Shown: positions 36,141-49,213, numbered from the stretch's first letter. The stretch is 49,822 nucleotides of DNA from Nitrospinota bacterium (GCA_046581755.1 JAYGFR010000120.1:1-49822); one strand, 5' to 3'. Made by a program: numbers and translations. Notes: generated by a model not told the origin, from the letters alone.

Positions 36141-38579
36141 TCAAGCGTCCTGGACACTGAGTATTTCAGAATCTTTCTTGGATTCGAACACCAACTCATC
36201 GCCGGCCAGCTTGACCAAGATCACCCCGGGTTCCTGGAACTTCCCGCGAAGGACTTCCTCGCTGAGGGTGTCCTCGATATGACGCTGGATGACCCGGCGG
36301 AGGGGACGCGCGCCGTATGCGGGCTCGTATCCTTCCTTCCCGATCCACTCACGGGCCTCGTCTGTCACTTCGAGCCGCAAACCCTTCTCGGTCAGGGTCT
36401 CATTCACCTTTTTGATCTCGATGTCCACGATCAGGAGGATGCTCTCTTTGCTGAGCGGATTGAAGATCACCACATCGTCGATCCGGTTGAGGAACTCGGG
36501 GTTGAAGGTCCTCTTGAGCTCGTCGCGGATATTGTCCTTGACCCGCTCGTAGCCGGTCTCCTCTTTCTGGAAACCGAGGGAAGTCCCCTTTTCGATGGAG
36601 CGGGCGGCCAGGTTCGATGTCATGATGATGATCGTGTTCTTGAAATCGATGAGCCGCCCGTAACTGTCCGTCAGGGCGCCGTCGTCCATCACCTGCAACA
36701 GGATGTGATAGACGTCCGGATGCGCCTTTTCGATCTCATCGAGGAGAATCACGCAGTAGGGCTTGCGGCGGACCCGCTCGGTGAGCTGGCCGCCCTCCTC
36801 GTATCCCACGTATCCCGGAGGCGCACCCGTCAGGCGCGAGACGTTGAAGCGCTCCATGTACTCGCTCATATCGATGCGGATGAGCGCGGACGCGTCGCCG
36901 AACATGAACTCGGCGAGAACCCGCGCCATCTCGGTCTTCCCCACCCCGGTGGGGCCGAGGAACAAGAAGCTGCCGATGGGGCGTTTGGGGTTCTTCAGTC
37001 CCGCCCGCGAGCGGCGAACGGCCTTGGTGAGCAGGCGCGTTGCCTCCTCCTGGCCGATGATCTGGCTGTTGAGGTCTTCCTCCATCCGCAACAGGCGCTT
37101 GTTCTCCACCTCGCCGATGCGCTGGAGGGGGACTCCCGTCATGCGGCTGACGATGTAGGAGACATCTTCTTCGGTGACGACCGCCTCCTCGTCGGACTGA
37201 TTCGCCTCCCATTCGGCCTTGAACTCCTCGAGCCGGGTCCGGTCCTGCTCTTCCTGGTCGCGAAGCTCGACCGCTTTTTCGAAGTCCTGGTTTTCGATGC
37301 TGTCCTTCTTGAGGCGGACCGTATCCTCGACTTGGCGCTGAAGCTTCCGGATCGAGGAGGGGAAAGTCTCCTTCTCGAGCCGAACCTTGCTGCAGGCCTC
37401 GTCGATCACGTCGATGGCCTTGTCGGGCAGATAGCGGTCCGAAACGTACTGGTTCGACAGCTTCACGGCCGAAATGATCGCTTCGTCGACGATGCGGGCG
37501 TTGTGGTGTTTCTCGTACCTGTCCTTGAGGCCGCGCAAAATGTTCACGGCGTCCTCGGGCGAAGGAGGTTCCACCATAATGGTCTGGAACCGCCGTTCCA
37601 GGGCGCCGTTCTTTTCGATGTATTTGCGGTACTCGTCCAGCGTGGTCGCGCCGATGCACTGCACCTCGCCCCGGCTGAGGGCGGGCTTGAGCATGTTCGA
37701 GGCGTCGATCGAGCCCTCGGCGGCTCCGGCGCCCACCAGCGTATGCAGCTCGTCGATGAAGATGATCACGTCCTGGCTCTGGGTGATCTCCTTCATGATG
37801 GCCTTGAGGCGGGCCTCGAACTGGCCGCGGTATTTCGTCCCGGCGACGAGGGCGCCCAGGTCGAGCGCAACCACCCGCTTGTTGTAGAGAATCTGCGGAA
37901 CCTCTTTCGTGATGATGAGCTGGGAGAGGCCCTCGACGATGGCCGTCTTGCCCACGCCCGGCTCGCCGATGAGGACCGGGTTGTTCTTCGTCCGGCGCGC
38001 CAGAATCTGAATGACGCGCTCGATCTCGTCGGCCCGGCCGATGACCGGGTCGAGCTTGCCCTCCTCGGCCAGCTCGGTCAGATCGCGTCCGAACTCATCG
38101 AGGGACGGCGTCTTGCTCTTGTCGCGCGAGCGCGTGATGACCGGCTCGCGGAGCAGGTTGAGGGTCTGCTCGCGGGTCTGCTGGAGCTTTACGCCGAAGC
38201 TGCCCAGGATCTTGGCGGCAAAGCCGTCCTTCTCGCGGACGATGCCGAGAAGGAGATGCTCGGTGCCGATGTAGTTATGGCCCATGAGGCGGGCTTCCTC
38301 GACGGCGTACTCGAGCACTTTCTTCGCCTTGGGGGTGAAGGGAATATCCCCTTCGACCGGCCCGCTCGTGCTCTTGGGCAGATTTCGCTCCAACTCGAGG
38401 CGCAACTTTTTCGGGTCCACGCCCAGCTTCTGGAGAACCGCAATCGCTATCCCGCCGCCATCCTTCAATACGCCCAGAAGAATATGCTCCGTTCCCAAAT
38501 ACTCGTGCTGATAATTATCCGCTTCCTCTCTGGCGAGGATGATGACTTTACGGGCGCGCTCCGTAAAACGCTTAAACAT
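36141..38579 (-). CDS. clpC: ATP-dependent Clp protease ATP-binding subunit ClpC
   Basis: 812 aa; Clp N repeats (EHILLG/EHLLLG), NBD1 [11 protein letters not shown]-type middle domain (QDFEKA..LRD), NBD2 GPTGVGKT and LGF ClpP-docking loop. Confidence 0.95.
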   Translation of the reverse strand: MFKRFTERARKVIILAREEADNYQHEYLGTEHILLGVLKDGGGIAIAVLQKLGVDPKKLRLELERNLPKSTSGPVEGDIPFTPKAKKVLEYAVEEARLMGHNYIGTEHLLLGIVREKDGFAAKILGSFGVKLQQTREQTLNLLREPVITRSRDKSKTPSLDEFGRDLTELAEEGKLDPVIGRADEIERVIQILARRTKNNPVLIGEPGVGKTAIVEGLSQLIITKEVPQILYNKRVVALDLGALVAGTKYRGQFEARLKAIMKEITQSQDVIIFIDELHTLVGAGAAEGSIDASNMLKPALSRGEVQCIGATTLDEYRKYIEKNGALERRFQTIMVEPPSPEDAVNILRGLKDRYEKHHNARIVDEAIISAVKLSNQYVSDRYLPDKAIDVIDEACSKVRLEKETFPSSIRKLQRQVEDTVRLKKDSIENQDFEKAVELRDQEEQDRTRLEEFKAEWEANQSDEEAVVTEEDVSYIVSRMTGVPLQRIGEVENKRLLRMEEDLNSQIIGQEEATRLLTKAVRRSRAGLKNPKRPIGSFLFLGPTGVGKTEMARVLAEFMFGDASALIRIDMSEYMERFNVSRLTGAPPGYVGYEEGGQLTERVRRKPYCVILLDEIEKAHPDVYHILLQVMDDGALTDSYGRLIDFKNTIIIMTSNLAARSIEKGTSLGFQKEETGYERVKDNIRDELKRTFNPEFLNRIDDVVIFNPLSKESILLIVDIEIKKVNETLTEKGLRLEVTDEAREWIGKEGYEPAYGARPLRRVIQRHIEDTLSEEVLRGKFQEPGVILVKLAGDELVFESKKDSEILSVQDA

Positions 38580-38612
38580 TCGGCCCTCCTAACAGAACCC
38601 CTACAAAGAAAC

Positions 38613-39347
38613 CTAAAACTTGGCGGCGATTCGACCATCCACCATGACGGCTTGTCTATCCATCCGCTCCGCGATAGCTGCGTTATGCGTCGCCACCAGG
38701 AACGTCACGCCGTCCGATCGATTGATCTCCCTTAATAAATCAAATATTAAACCCGCCGCCCCTGAATCAAGATTGCCCGTCGGCTCATCCGCCAGAATCA
38801 GCTCCGGCCGATTCATCAGGGCTCTTGCAATGGCCACTCTTTGCTGCTCGCCCCCCGACAGCTCCGAGGGACGGTGCTCCATTCGCTCCTTTAATCCCAC
38901 CCTTTCGAGCAGAGCCTCGGCCCTGCCCCCTACATCGCGCCGGGCTTCTCCTCCCAGCAACCCAGGCATTATAACATTTTCCAGAGCAGAAAACTCTGGA
39001 AGGAGATGATGAAATTGAAAAATAAATCCGACGGAACGGTTTCGAAATTGGGCGAGTCCTGCATCGGAGCGGCTGAAAAGGCTTTCTTCCCTATACAATA
39101 CCTCCCCCCGCGTGGGCCGGTCCAGCGCCCCGAAAATATGAAGCAGGGTGCTTTTCCCGACCCCCGATGCGCCCATTATTGCTACCATTTCGCCCGCATT
39201 TAACTCCATGTCCAGCCCCCGGAGCACCCGAACCTCCCCGCCGCCCATGGCATAGTTTTTCACCAGTCCGCCCGCGGACATGATTACATCATTCTTATCA
39301 ATGGCTTGTCCTGATTCATCCATTTTTTCGCGGATCGGATCATCCAT
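38613..39347 (-). CDS. lolD: Lipoprotein-releasing ABC transporter ATPase
   Basis: GASGVGKST, FQFHHLLPEFSALENV, LSGGEQQR and ADEPTGNLD. Start may be further downstream (39323). Confidence 0.92.
   Translation of the reverse strand: MDDPIREKMDESGQAIDKNDVIMSAGGLVKNYAMGGGEVRVLRGLDMELNAGEMVAIMGASGVGKSTLLHIFGALDRPTRGEVLYREESLFSRSDAGLAQFRNRSVGFIFQFHHLLPEFSALENVIMPGLLGGEARRDVGGRAEALLERVGLKERMEHRPSELSGGEQQRVAIARALMNRPELILADEPTGNLDSGAAGLIFDLLREINRSDGVTFLVATHNAAIAERMDRQAVMVDGRIAAKF
39296..39308 (+). promoter_or_regulatory. IHF consensus match inside the 5' end of lolD
   Basis: TATCAATGGCTTG is an exact WATCAANNNNTTR match within the AT-rich patch; it may be a chance occurrence. Confidence 0.3.
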
Positions 39348-40863
39348 ATCGGAGAACCTCCACCGGGTCGATTCGGGAGGCCCTCCAGGCGGGATAAATA
39401 GTCGCTATCAGACTGATTATAAAGGCCCCCACCGCCATAGTCGTCACGTCCGAAACAGTCATAAACACCGGAAGGCGGTCAATATGGTAGATGCTGGCCG
39501 GGAGGATGTCCAAACCCAGATATTTCTCGAGAAAATCCTCCACATGGTGAAGATTCCACCCCAAAACGAGGCCGCCCAGCGTTCCCAGGACGGATCCGGC
39601 CAGCCCCATCGCCGCCCCCTGAATCAAAAAAATCCGGAGAATTATCCCCCAGGTGGCCCCCATAGATTTCAAAATCGCGATTTCGCGCCCCTTTTCCATC
39701 ACCACCATCACGAGCGAGCCGATGATGTTAAAAGCCGCGATAATGACCAGGAGGAAAAGAATGATGGTCATCGTCGTTTTTTCCGTCTTGAGGGCGGAAA
39801 AAAGATTGCGGTTCATGACCTGCCAGGAGCGGACCCAGTACGGAAAAGGCAGGCTCTTCTGGAGGCCGCGGGCCACCCGCTCGGCCCGGAAGATGTCCTC
39901 GACCTTGAGGTGCACCCCCGTCACCCCTTTCCCCAGCCCGAAAAATTTCTGGGCCTGACCCATTTCGATGAAGGCGAGGCCCGAATCGTATTGATAAAAG
40001 CCGCTCCGGAATATCCCGACGATCCGGAAGGATTTCGAGCGCGGAAGCAACCCCATCGGCGTGACCGCCGGGACGGGGCTGATGAGCGTCACCTTTTCTC
40101 CGGACCGCACCCCCAGGGAAGAAGCCAGCACGGCCCCGATAACCACGCCCGGAAGCGGCCCCCCCGTCTCCCCCAGCCGGGCGAGCGAGCCGGTGCGCAT
40201 GTTTTTGTCGATGTCGGTGACATCGATTTCCTGGGCCGGCTTGACGCCGCGAACGACGGCTCCGGTGACGTTGCCGTTCGCCGAGAGCATTGCCTGCCCG
40301 TACACGAAGGGCGATGCCGCCACGACCTCGGGCGCTTTTTTGACGGCCGCGAGGACCCGGCTCCACTGGGCCATCGAGGAGGCGCCCGTCTCGGTCACGA
40401 GGACATGGCTCTGGGTGCCGAGAATTTTCGTCCGAAGCTCGCGCTCGAAGCCCGTCATCACCCCCACCACATCGATGAGGGCGGTGACGCCCAGGGCGAT
40501 GCCCAGGACGGAGAGTACGGTCCTGAGCGAGACCCGGAGCCAGACAACGAGGGTAATGGACCCCAACACGATGGGAATGGTGTTGAGCGAGACGAGAAGC
40601 GTGGCGGCGCCCAGGAGAAACCCCACCGGGGAGAACGGGCCTTTTAGCGACCCTCTCCGCCAGGCGATGAGCGCGGCGGCCGCCAGAATGGGGACCAGCA
40701 CAAAAAACGGAATGCTCCCATGCCCCCTGAACCCGGCGATGGAGCCCCCGGCGATGAGAGCGAAGCCCAGGACGGCGAGCAGGGTTTTGAGCGAGACGGG
40801 GGGGGCCTTTCGCCGCGAGCGCAGATGGCGCATCCCGATTGAAAATTCGGCCGGGAAGCTCAC
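39340..40863 (-). CDS. Lipoprotein-releasing ABC transporter permease LolC/E (single copy, LolF-like) with N-terminal membrane insertion
   Basis: LGIALGVTAL...VMTGF..EL..KILG, W...N.NLFSALK.EK, AAFNII, EIAILKSMGA and YPAWRASRIDP.E.LRY; 507 aa. Confidence 0.9.
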   Translation of the reverse strand: MSFPAEFSIGMRHLRSRRKAPPVSLKTLLAVLGFALIAGGSIAGFRGHGSIPFFVLVPILAAAALIAWRRGSLKGPFSPVGFLLGAATLLVSLNTIPIVLGSITLVVWLRVSLRTVLSVLGIALGVTALIDVVGVMTGFERELRTKILGTQSHVLVTETGASSMAQWSRVLAAVKKAPEVVAASPFVYGQAMLSANGNVTGAVVRGVKPAQEIDVTDIDKNMRTGSLARLGETGGPLPGVVIGAVLASSLGVRSGEKVTLISPVPAVTPMGLLPRSKSFRIVGIFRSGFYQYDSGLAFIEMGQAQKFFGLGKGVTGVHLKVEDIFRAERVARGLQKSLPFPYWVRSWQVMNRNLFSALKTEKTTMTIILFLLVIIAAFNIIGSLVMVVMEKGREIAILKSMGATWGIILRIFLIQGAAMGLAGSVLGTLGGLVLGWNLHHVEDFLEKYLGLDILPASIYHIDRLPVFMTVSDVTTMAVGAFIISLIATIYPAWRASRIDPVEVLRYG

Positions 40864-40866
40864 TCG

Positions 40867-42411
40867 TTAGTCCTGCACGTTTCTGAGAAGCGGAAAGAAA
40901 ATGACGTCCCGGATTGACTGGGAGTCGGTCAGGAGCATGATGAGGCGGTCGATGCCGATCCCCTCGCCCGCCGTCGGCGGAAGGCCGTATTCCAGCGCCC
41001 GGAGATAGTCCCAGTCCACGGCGTGCGCCGCCTCGTCTCCGGCCTCGCGCGCCGCCGCCTGGCCCTCGAAGCGGGCGCGCTGGTCGTCCGGGTCGTTGAG
41101 CTCCGTATAGGCGTTGGCGATCTCGCGCCCGGCGATGATGAGCTCGAAGCGCTCGACGGTTTCGGGGTCGTCCTCTCGGCTCTTGGACAGGGGCGAGAGC
41201 GCGCGCGGAAAGTCGTAGATAAACGTCGGCTGGCGAAGCTTGGGCTCGACCGTCTCCTCGAAGAGGTATTCGAGGAGATGAACGTGGTCCATATCGTCCG
41301 GGATGGGATACCGTGTCTTGGCCGCGAGGGACCGGGCATATTCGCGGGCGGCCTCCTCGCTTTCGAGCACCTCGGCCGGGCAGCTGCCGATCCCGGCGAT
41401 GGCGTCGCGCCATTTGTGCCGCGCCCAGGGGGCGGCGAAGGAGAGCTCCTCGTCCCCGTAGGTCACCGTCCGGCTCCCGGCGACCTCCTCGGCGATTCCG
41501 CCGATCATCTCCTCGGTGAGGTCCATCAGATCGTTGTAGTCGGCGTAGGCCATGTAGAACTCGACCATGGTGAACTCGGGGTTGTGCTGGGTCGAGATGC
41601 CCTCGTTCCGGAAGCTGCGGTTGATCTCATAAACCCGGTCGATGCCGCCGACGACGAGGCGCTTCAGATAGAGCTCGGGGGCCACCCGGAGGTAGAGGTC
41701 CATGTCGAGCGTGTTGTGGTGGGTGACGAAGGGCCGCGCCGTTGCCCCGCCGGCGATGGACTGCATCATCGGGGTCTCGACTTCGAGAAAACCGCGATCG
41801 TCCAAATAGCAGCGCATGAGCTGAATCATCTTTGATCGCTTGCGGAAAATTTCGGCCACCTCGGGGTTGGCGATGAGGTCTACGTAGCGCTGGCGGTAGC
41901 GGATTTCCACATTCTGGAGGCCGTGCCATTTCTCGGGAAGGGGGCGCAAGCTCTTCGTCAGAAGTCGGATTTCGCGCACCCAGACGGAAAGCTCGCCCGT
42001 GCGGGTGCGGAAGACGCCCCCGGCGCAGCCCACGATATCGCCGATATCGAGATCCTTAGCGGCGGCGAAGCCCTCCTCGCCCAACTCGTTCAACCGGATG
42101 AAAAGCTGGAGCCGCCCGGTCCCGTCCCGAAGGTCCATGAAGACCACTTTTCCTTGGAGCCGCTTGGCCACGATGCGGCCGGCGATGACGTAGCGCCCCG
42201 CCTTGGTCTCTTCATATTCGGCATCGGTGAAGCCGCCGCATTCGGAAATTATGTCCCCGGCGCGGTGGGTGATCGGAAAGCGGTTGGGGAAGGGATCTCC
42301 CCCCGCCCCGCGGATCGCCTCGAGCTTGCGGCGGCGCTGTTCGATCAGCTCGCCGGCGTCCTCTCCGGCAGCTGGGCTCTTTCGGGTTTCCTCGGGTGAT
42401 GAATCGCTCAT
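40867..42411 (-). CDS. lysS: Lysine--tRNA ligase (class II)
   Basis: [27 protein letters not shown] and [16 protein letters not shown]. Confidence 0.98.
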   Translation of the reverse strand: MSDSSPEETRKSPAAGEDAGELIEQRRRKLEAIRGAGGDPFPNRFPITHRAGDIISECGGFTDAEYEETKAGRYVIAGRIVAKRLQGKVVFMDLRDGTGRLQLFIRLNELGEEGFAAAKDLDIGDIVGCAGGVFRTRTGELSVWVREIRLLTKSLRPLPEKWHGLQNVEIRYRQRYVDLIANPEVAEIFRKRSKMIQLMRCYLDDRGFLEVETPMMQSIAGGATARPFVTHHNTLDMDLYLRVAPELYLKRLVVGGIDRVYEINRSFRNEGISTQHNPEFTMVEFYMAYADYNDLMDLTEEMIGGIAEEVAGSRTVTYGDEELSFAAPWARHKWRDAIAGIGSCPAEVLESEEAAREYARSLAAKTRYPIPDDMDHVHLLEYLFEETVEPKLRQPTFIYDFPRALSPLSKSREDDPETVERFELIIAGREIANAYTELNDPDDQRARFEGQAAAREAGDEAAHAVDWDYLRALEYGLPPTAGEGIGIDRLIMLLTDSQSIRDVIFFPLLRNVQD

Positions 42412-42458
42412 GGGCGCTCGACGTCCTTGTGCATGCGAGGCGCGGGCGGCGCCGCCGC

Positions 42459-43590
42459 CTAGCCGCTCGGCCGGGCATCGGCCCGGCTTTCGATGAGGGT
42501 CAGGAGATAGGCATCGATGAACGCATCGATATCCCCGTCCAGAACGGCATCGACGTTCGATGTCTCCTTGTCTGTCCTGTGGTCTTTCACCATCCGGTAG
42601 GGATGGAGGATGTAGGAGCGAATCAGGCTCCCGAAGCTGGTCGTCATCTTGCCCGAGTGGATCTTCTCCTTCTCCTCCTCGCGCTTTTGCATCTCGCGCT
42701 TGTAGAGCTGGCTCCGGAGGAGCTTGAGGGCCGTCGCCCGGTTCTTATGCTGGCTTCGCTCGTTCTGGCAGGTGACGACGATGCCCGTGGGCGCGTGGGT
42801 GATGCGCACGGCCGAATCGGTCGTGTTCACGTGCTGGCCGCCGGCGCCCGAGCTGCGGTAGACGTCGATCCGCAGGTCGCTCTCGTTGATGTCGATCTCC
42901 ACCTCGTCGGAGACCTCGGCTGCCACGTCCACCGAGGCGAACGAGGTGTGGCGCCGCGCGTTGGCGTCGAAGGGCGAGATGCGCACCAGGCGGTGAACCC
43001 CCATCTCCGCGCGGAGATACCCGTAGGCGTAATCGCCCGAGACGATCAGGGTGGCGCTCTTGATTCCCGCCTCCTCGCCGGGCAGGACCGAAACGAGCCG
43101 GGACGTGCAGCCGTGCTGCTCCGCCCAGCGCGAGTACATGCGAAGCAGCATCTCGGCCCAGTCCTGGCTCTCCACCCCCCCGGCGCCCGCGTTTACCGAG
43201 AGCACCGCGTTCCCGGCGTCCTCCTCGGAATCCATGACGAGGCGGAACTCCAGGCGTTCGTGCTCTTTCTCGATGGCCTTGAGGTCGGCGGCGGCCTCGG
43301 CGAGAAGGTCCGCATCGGGTTCGCCCTCTTCCATTCCGATGAGCTGGATGAGCTCGGATTGATCGGTCAGCTTTTTCTGGAGATCGGCCCAGGCGTCGAT
43401 GGTCCGCTGGAGGGAGGCGCGCCGCTTCAGTGTGTTTTGGGCGGCATCGGCATCGTCCCAGAACCCGCCCCCGGAGGCGAGCTCATCCAACCGGGCGCAC
43501 TCGGCCTCAAGTGTATCGAGGTCAAAGACGACCTCGGAGTTCGCGGAGGCGCGCCTCCAGCCAGTCGCATTTTTTCAATAACTCTTCCAT
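42459..43590 (-). CDS. prfB: Peptide chain release factor 2 (programmed +1 frameshift after codon 22)
   Basis: ATG 43590 opens [26 protein letters not shown]. CTT TGA C at 43527-43521 joins in the +1 frame to the ORF ending at 42459, which has SPF and GGQ motifs. Full length is 376 aa. Confidence 0.96.
43521..43536 (-). other. prfB +1 programmed ribosomal frameshift cassette
   Basis: CGAGGT-CGT-CTT-TGA-C: an SD-like GAGGT 3 nt upstream of the slippery CTT-TGA-C. Confidence 0.93.
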
Positions 43591-43650
43591 GACTCCCCCA
43601 ATAAGACAAAAGGCGCCGCATCTCGCCCCGGACGGACAGCGGCCATCATA

Positions 43651-45183
43651 TCACACCCTCGGGCGGTGGCGGATCGCCGCCAACCCCGCCGCCGCCAATG
43701 TCATCAGCAGGCAGGCGATGGCGAATGCGTCTCCCGTCCGGGCGTAGAAGGTCGGCCCTCCCTTCCGGGGAGTCACCGTGGCCGCCATCCGCCACTTCTC
43801 GAAAAGCGGGCTCCGCAGCCGGACGGCTCCGGTCGCTTCGATGATGGCGCTGATTCCGGTGTTGGCCGAGCGCACGATGGGCATCCGGAACTCCACCGCC
43901 CGCATCGCCGCCATCGAAAGATGCTGCTCGGCGGCGGGCGTGCGCCCGAACCAGGCGTCGTTCGTGATGTTGACGAGAAACCGCGCGTCTCTCATCTGGC
44001 GCACCACGCGGGGGAATATCACCTCGAAGCAAATGAGCACCCCGAACCGCCCGCCGGGCACATCGAACACGCGCGCCCTCAGGCCCTCGGCGAAGCGCCC
44101 AATGACCGGCACCAGCTTTTCCACGAAGAACAACAGGGAGCCCAGCGGCACATACTCCCCGAAGGGGACGAGGTGCATCTTGTCGTAGCGGCCCTCACGG
44201 GCGCCGTCGGGTCCGAGGACATAGGCCGAGTTGTAGAGTTTCGGAGGTCCCTTTCCGCGCCTGGCCGACAGAGAGCCGAACAAAAGGTAGGCCCCCGCGC
44301 GCCGCGATATGCCCTCCATGCGCTTTTGCCAGGCGGGCGATTCCGAATAGATGAGCGGCAGCGCCGCCTCCGGCCACACGATCAGCGGGGGGACGGGCCG
44401 GCTCCGCCCCTTGAAGTCCCGGGCAAGGGCCTGGGTCAGCCGTTCGAGATCGCCGACGATCGCCTCGCGCCGGCCCGGCACCCACTTCTGCGAGGGCAGG
44501 GTATTGGGCTGGACGATCCCGACCGGGCGCGGCGGCCCCATCTCGCCCGGAACCTCGATGAGCCTGAGATAGCCGTAGCCCGCCACCAACCCCACCACCA
44601 GCAACCCGCCCCCGACGAGGACGAACGGGGCCCGGTCCGGGTGGCGGAATAAATGCCAGAACATGGCGTTGATCAGCACGATGAAGAACGATACCCCGTA
44701 CACACCCACCAGGTCTGCAATCTGGATAACCGGCAGGACCTTGTACTGGCTGTAGCCGAGGAGCGCCCAGGGAAACCCCGAGAGAAAATAGGCCCGGAAA
44801 ATTTCAAGGGCGACCCAGATGACCGGCGCCATGAACATCCGGGCGGATCCCCCCTCCGGGGCGACCCAAACCAGCAGGCAACCGAACGCGCCGATGTAGA
44901 GCGCGATATAGGCCGCGAGCGTGAGCGCCAGGAGCCAGGCCAACACCGGAGGCAGCCCCCCGTAGTTCACCATGGTCTCCTCCACCCACCAGATGATGAT
45001 CCCGTAGCCGATCAGCCCCGCCGTGAAACCGAGTATCAAACCCTCGCGCGGGCTCTTCCCGTCAAGGGCCCAAAGAAGGGGAAAAATCGCCAGCCAGGCC
45101 AGCACCTCGAACGTGAAGGGCGGGAATAGCCCTCCCAGGAAAACCCCCGAGATTGCGGCGTAGCCCGCATCGCGCCGGGTCAT
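43651..45183 (-). CDS. lnt: Apolipoprotein N-acyltransferase
   Basis: GFPW..LGYSQ; nitrilase triad WPE, KMHLVPFGEY, ICFE; TNDAWFG and RSANTGIS. Confidence 0.95.
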   Translation of the reverse strand: MTRRDAGYAAISGVFLGGLFPPFTFEVLAWLAIFPLLWALDGKSPREGLILGFTAGLIGYGIIIWWVEETMVNYGGLPPVLAWLLALTLAAYIALYIGAFGCLLVWVAPEGGSARMFMAPVIWVALEIFRAYFLSGFPWALLGYSQYKVLPVIQIADLVGVYGVSFFIVLINAMFWHLFRHPDRAPFVLVGGGLLVVGLVAGYGYLRLIEVPGEMGPPRPVGIVQPNTLPSQKWVPGRREAIVGDLERLTQALARDFKGRSRPVPPLIVWPEAALPLIYSESPAWQKRMEGISRRAGAYLLFGSLSARRGKGPPKLYNSAYVLGPDGAREGRYDKMHLVPFGEYVPLGSLLFFVEKLVPVIGRFAEGLRARVFDVPGGRFGVLICFEVIFPRVVRQMRDARFLVNITNDAWFGRTPAAEQHLSMAAMRAVEFRMPIVRSANTGISAIIEATGAVRLRSPLFEKWRMAATVTPRKGGPTFYARTGDAFAIACLLMTLAAAGLAAIRHRPRV

Positions 45184-47107
45184 CGGGCCGGCGTTTTTTC
45201 CGCGGGCGATTCACCGGCCGCGGGCGCTTCGGCCCCCTCGCGGCCGCCAAGATGCTCCCGGATGGCGGCCACGATCCGGGGCGTGATCCCTTCGACGACA
45301 AGAAGCTGCGCGTCCGGGGCCTGGATCACCCCGCGCAGGCTGCCGAAGACGCGAAGCAGATTCCGCCGCCGCTTCGGCCCCAGGCCCGGCACATCGTCCA
45401 GCCCGCTCCGGAGATCCTCTTTCGCGCGGCGGCTCCTGTGGTAGGTGAGGGCGAAGCGGTGGACCTCATCGCGTACCCGCTGGAGGAGGAGCTTTTCCGG
45501 GCTCCCCTCCTTCATCCGCACGGGCTCGGAGCGTCCCGGCAGGAAAAAAACGTCCTGATCCCCCGGATTGTCCGCCGTCCTTCCCTTCGAGATGGAGCAC
45601 AGCCCGACATCGGCGACCCCGACCTCCTCAAGCGCCCCGGCGGCCGAGGAGAGTTGGCCCTTTCCGCCGTCGATCAGGATCAGGCCGGGCATCTCGCCTC
45701 CCTCGTTCACGATTCGCTCCATGCGGCGCGATACGATCTCGCGCATCGCGGCGAAATCGTCCGCCCGCCCGCTCACCGAGCGGATCCGGTAGCGCCGGTA
45801 GCCGTCCTTGAGCGCGCGCCCGTTCCGGAAGGTCACGCTCGCGCCCACGATTTGGCTCCCGTGCAGGTTCGAGATATCGAACGCCTCGATGCGGACGGGA
45901 ATATCGTCCAGCCCGAGCGCCTGGCGGATGGCCTCCAGCGTCGCCTGGTCCTTGCTCAGTTGCACCTCCTCGCGGCCGAGCGATTCCCCGGCGTTCTCGC
46001 AGGCCATCTCGACGAGGCGGCGCTTCCCTCCCCGCCGGGGGGTGAGGACCGCCACCTTCCGCCCCCGCTGCCGGGATAGCCACCGGGCGATCACACCGGC
46101 GTCCGGCGGGGCCGAGGGCAGCAGCACCTCGGCCGGAAAGTAGGACTGCCCCATGTAGTACTGCTTGACGAACCCCGAGACGGCCTCTCCGCCCGTCACC
46201 TCGTCCTTGAGGGGGATGGTGAAGCCCTGATCTCCGAGCAGCCTCCCCCCCCGGACGAAAAAGAGCCGGAAATACGCCCGGCCCTCTTTCCGGTGAAGAC
46301 CCAGAATGTCCTGGTCCCCTCCGAGGACGGTCACCATCTCCTGTTTTTCGAAGACGTGCTCGATGGCCCGAATCTGATCGCGCACCTTGGCCGCCCTCTC
46401 GAATTCCAGCGCCTCGGAATGCGCCTCCATCTCCGAGCGCAGTTTTTTCTCGAGGCCCGTGTTTTTCCCCTTGAGGAAGTTGAGCGCGTCGCTCACCTTC
46501 CCGGCGTATTCCTCCTTCGTCTGAAGGCCGTCGCAGGGCCCCAGGCACTGGCCCATCTGAAAGTAGATGCACCGCTTCGCCGTCTTGTCCTCGATGCTTC
46601 CGGTGCAGGCGCGGATCTGGAAGGTTTTATGGAGGAAGCGGATCGTCCGGCGTATCCGGCCCGTGGCCGGAAACGGCCCCATGTACTCGGCCCCGTCCCG
46701 CGCCGGGCTCCGGACGATGCTCAGGCGGGGATAGTCCTCGTTCATGCTCAGTTTTAGATACGGATAATGCTTGTCGTCGCGGAGCAAGAGGTTGTGCCGG
46801 GGCCTGTGCTTCTTGATGTAGTTGCTTTCGAGGATGAGGGCCTCGAGTTCGTTCGAAGTGACGACGTGCTCAATGGCCGCCACCTCGCGCACCAGTATTT
46901 CGATCCAGGGGCCGCGCCCCGTGGATTTCCCGAAATAGCTTCGGACCCGGCTCCGCAACCGGACCGCCTTTCCAATATAGAGGACCTCGCCCGATTCGTT
47001 CTTGAAGATGTAGATGCCCGGCTTCTCGGGCAGGCGCTGGATGACCGTGCGGTCGAAGGCGGGGGGGGAGTGCTCCCCGGCGCTGGCGGATTCCGCCTCG
47101 GGCGCGC

Positions 47108-47111
<4 letters not shown>
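45180..47111 (-). CDS. uvrC: Excinuclease ABC subunit C
   Basis: GIY-YIG (GIYIF...LYIGKA), four-Cys motif, [26 protein letters not shown] and HhH. Confidence 0.97.
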
Positions 47112-49126
<2,015 letters not shown>

Positions 49127-49213
49127 CGGCGCGAAAACCTATCTCTGATAGCGGCGGACACGGCCCGAACAGCGCAATCTATCGAATCGAAGCGGGATAA
49201 TAAAGGGGCGGGC

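Noticed and set aside
36093..36143. clpC and bamA are in frame, separated by one TGA and 16 sense codons (possible read-through fusion)
   Set aside because: Likely by chance. bamA has its own SD (AGGGAG) and needs an N-terminal signal peptide. No SECIS-like or read-through signal was seen.
34719..38735. 1338-aa ORF on the + strand opposite clpC and bamA
   Set aside because: It is the codon-aligned antisense shadow of three in-frame genes. High-GC coding sequence rarely has TTA/CTA/TCA codons, so antisense stops are scarce. No recognisable motifs.
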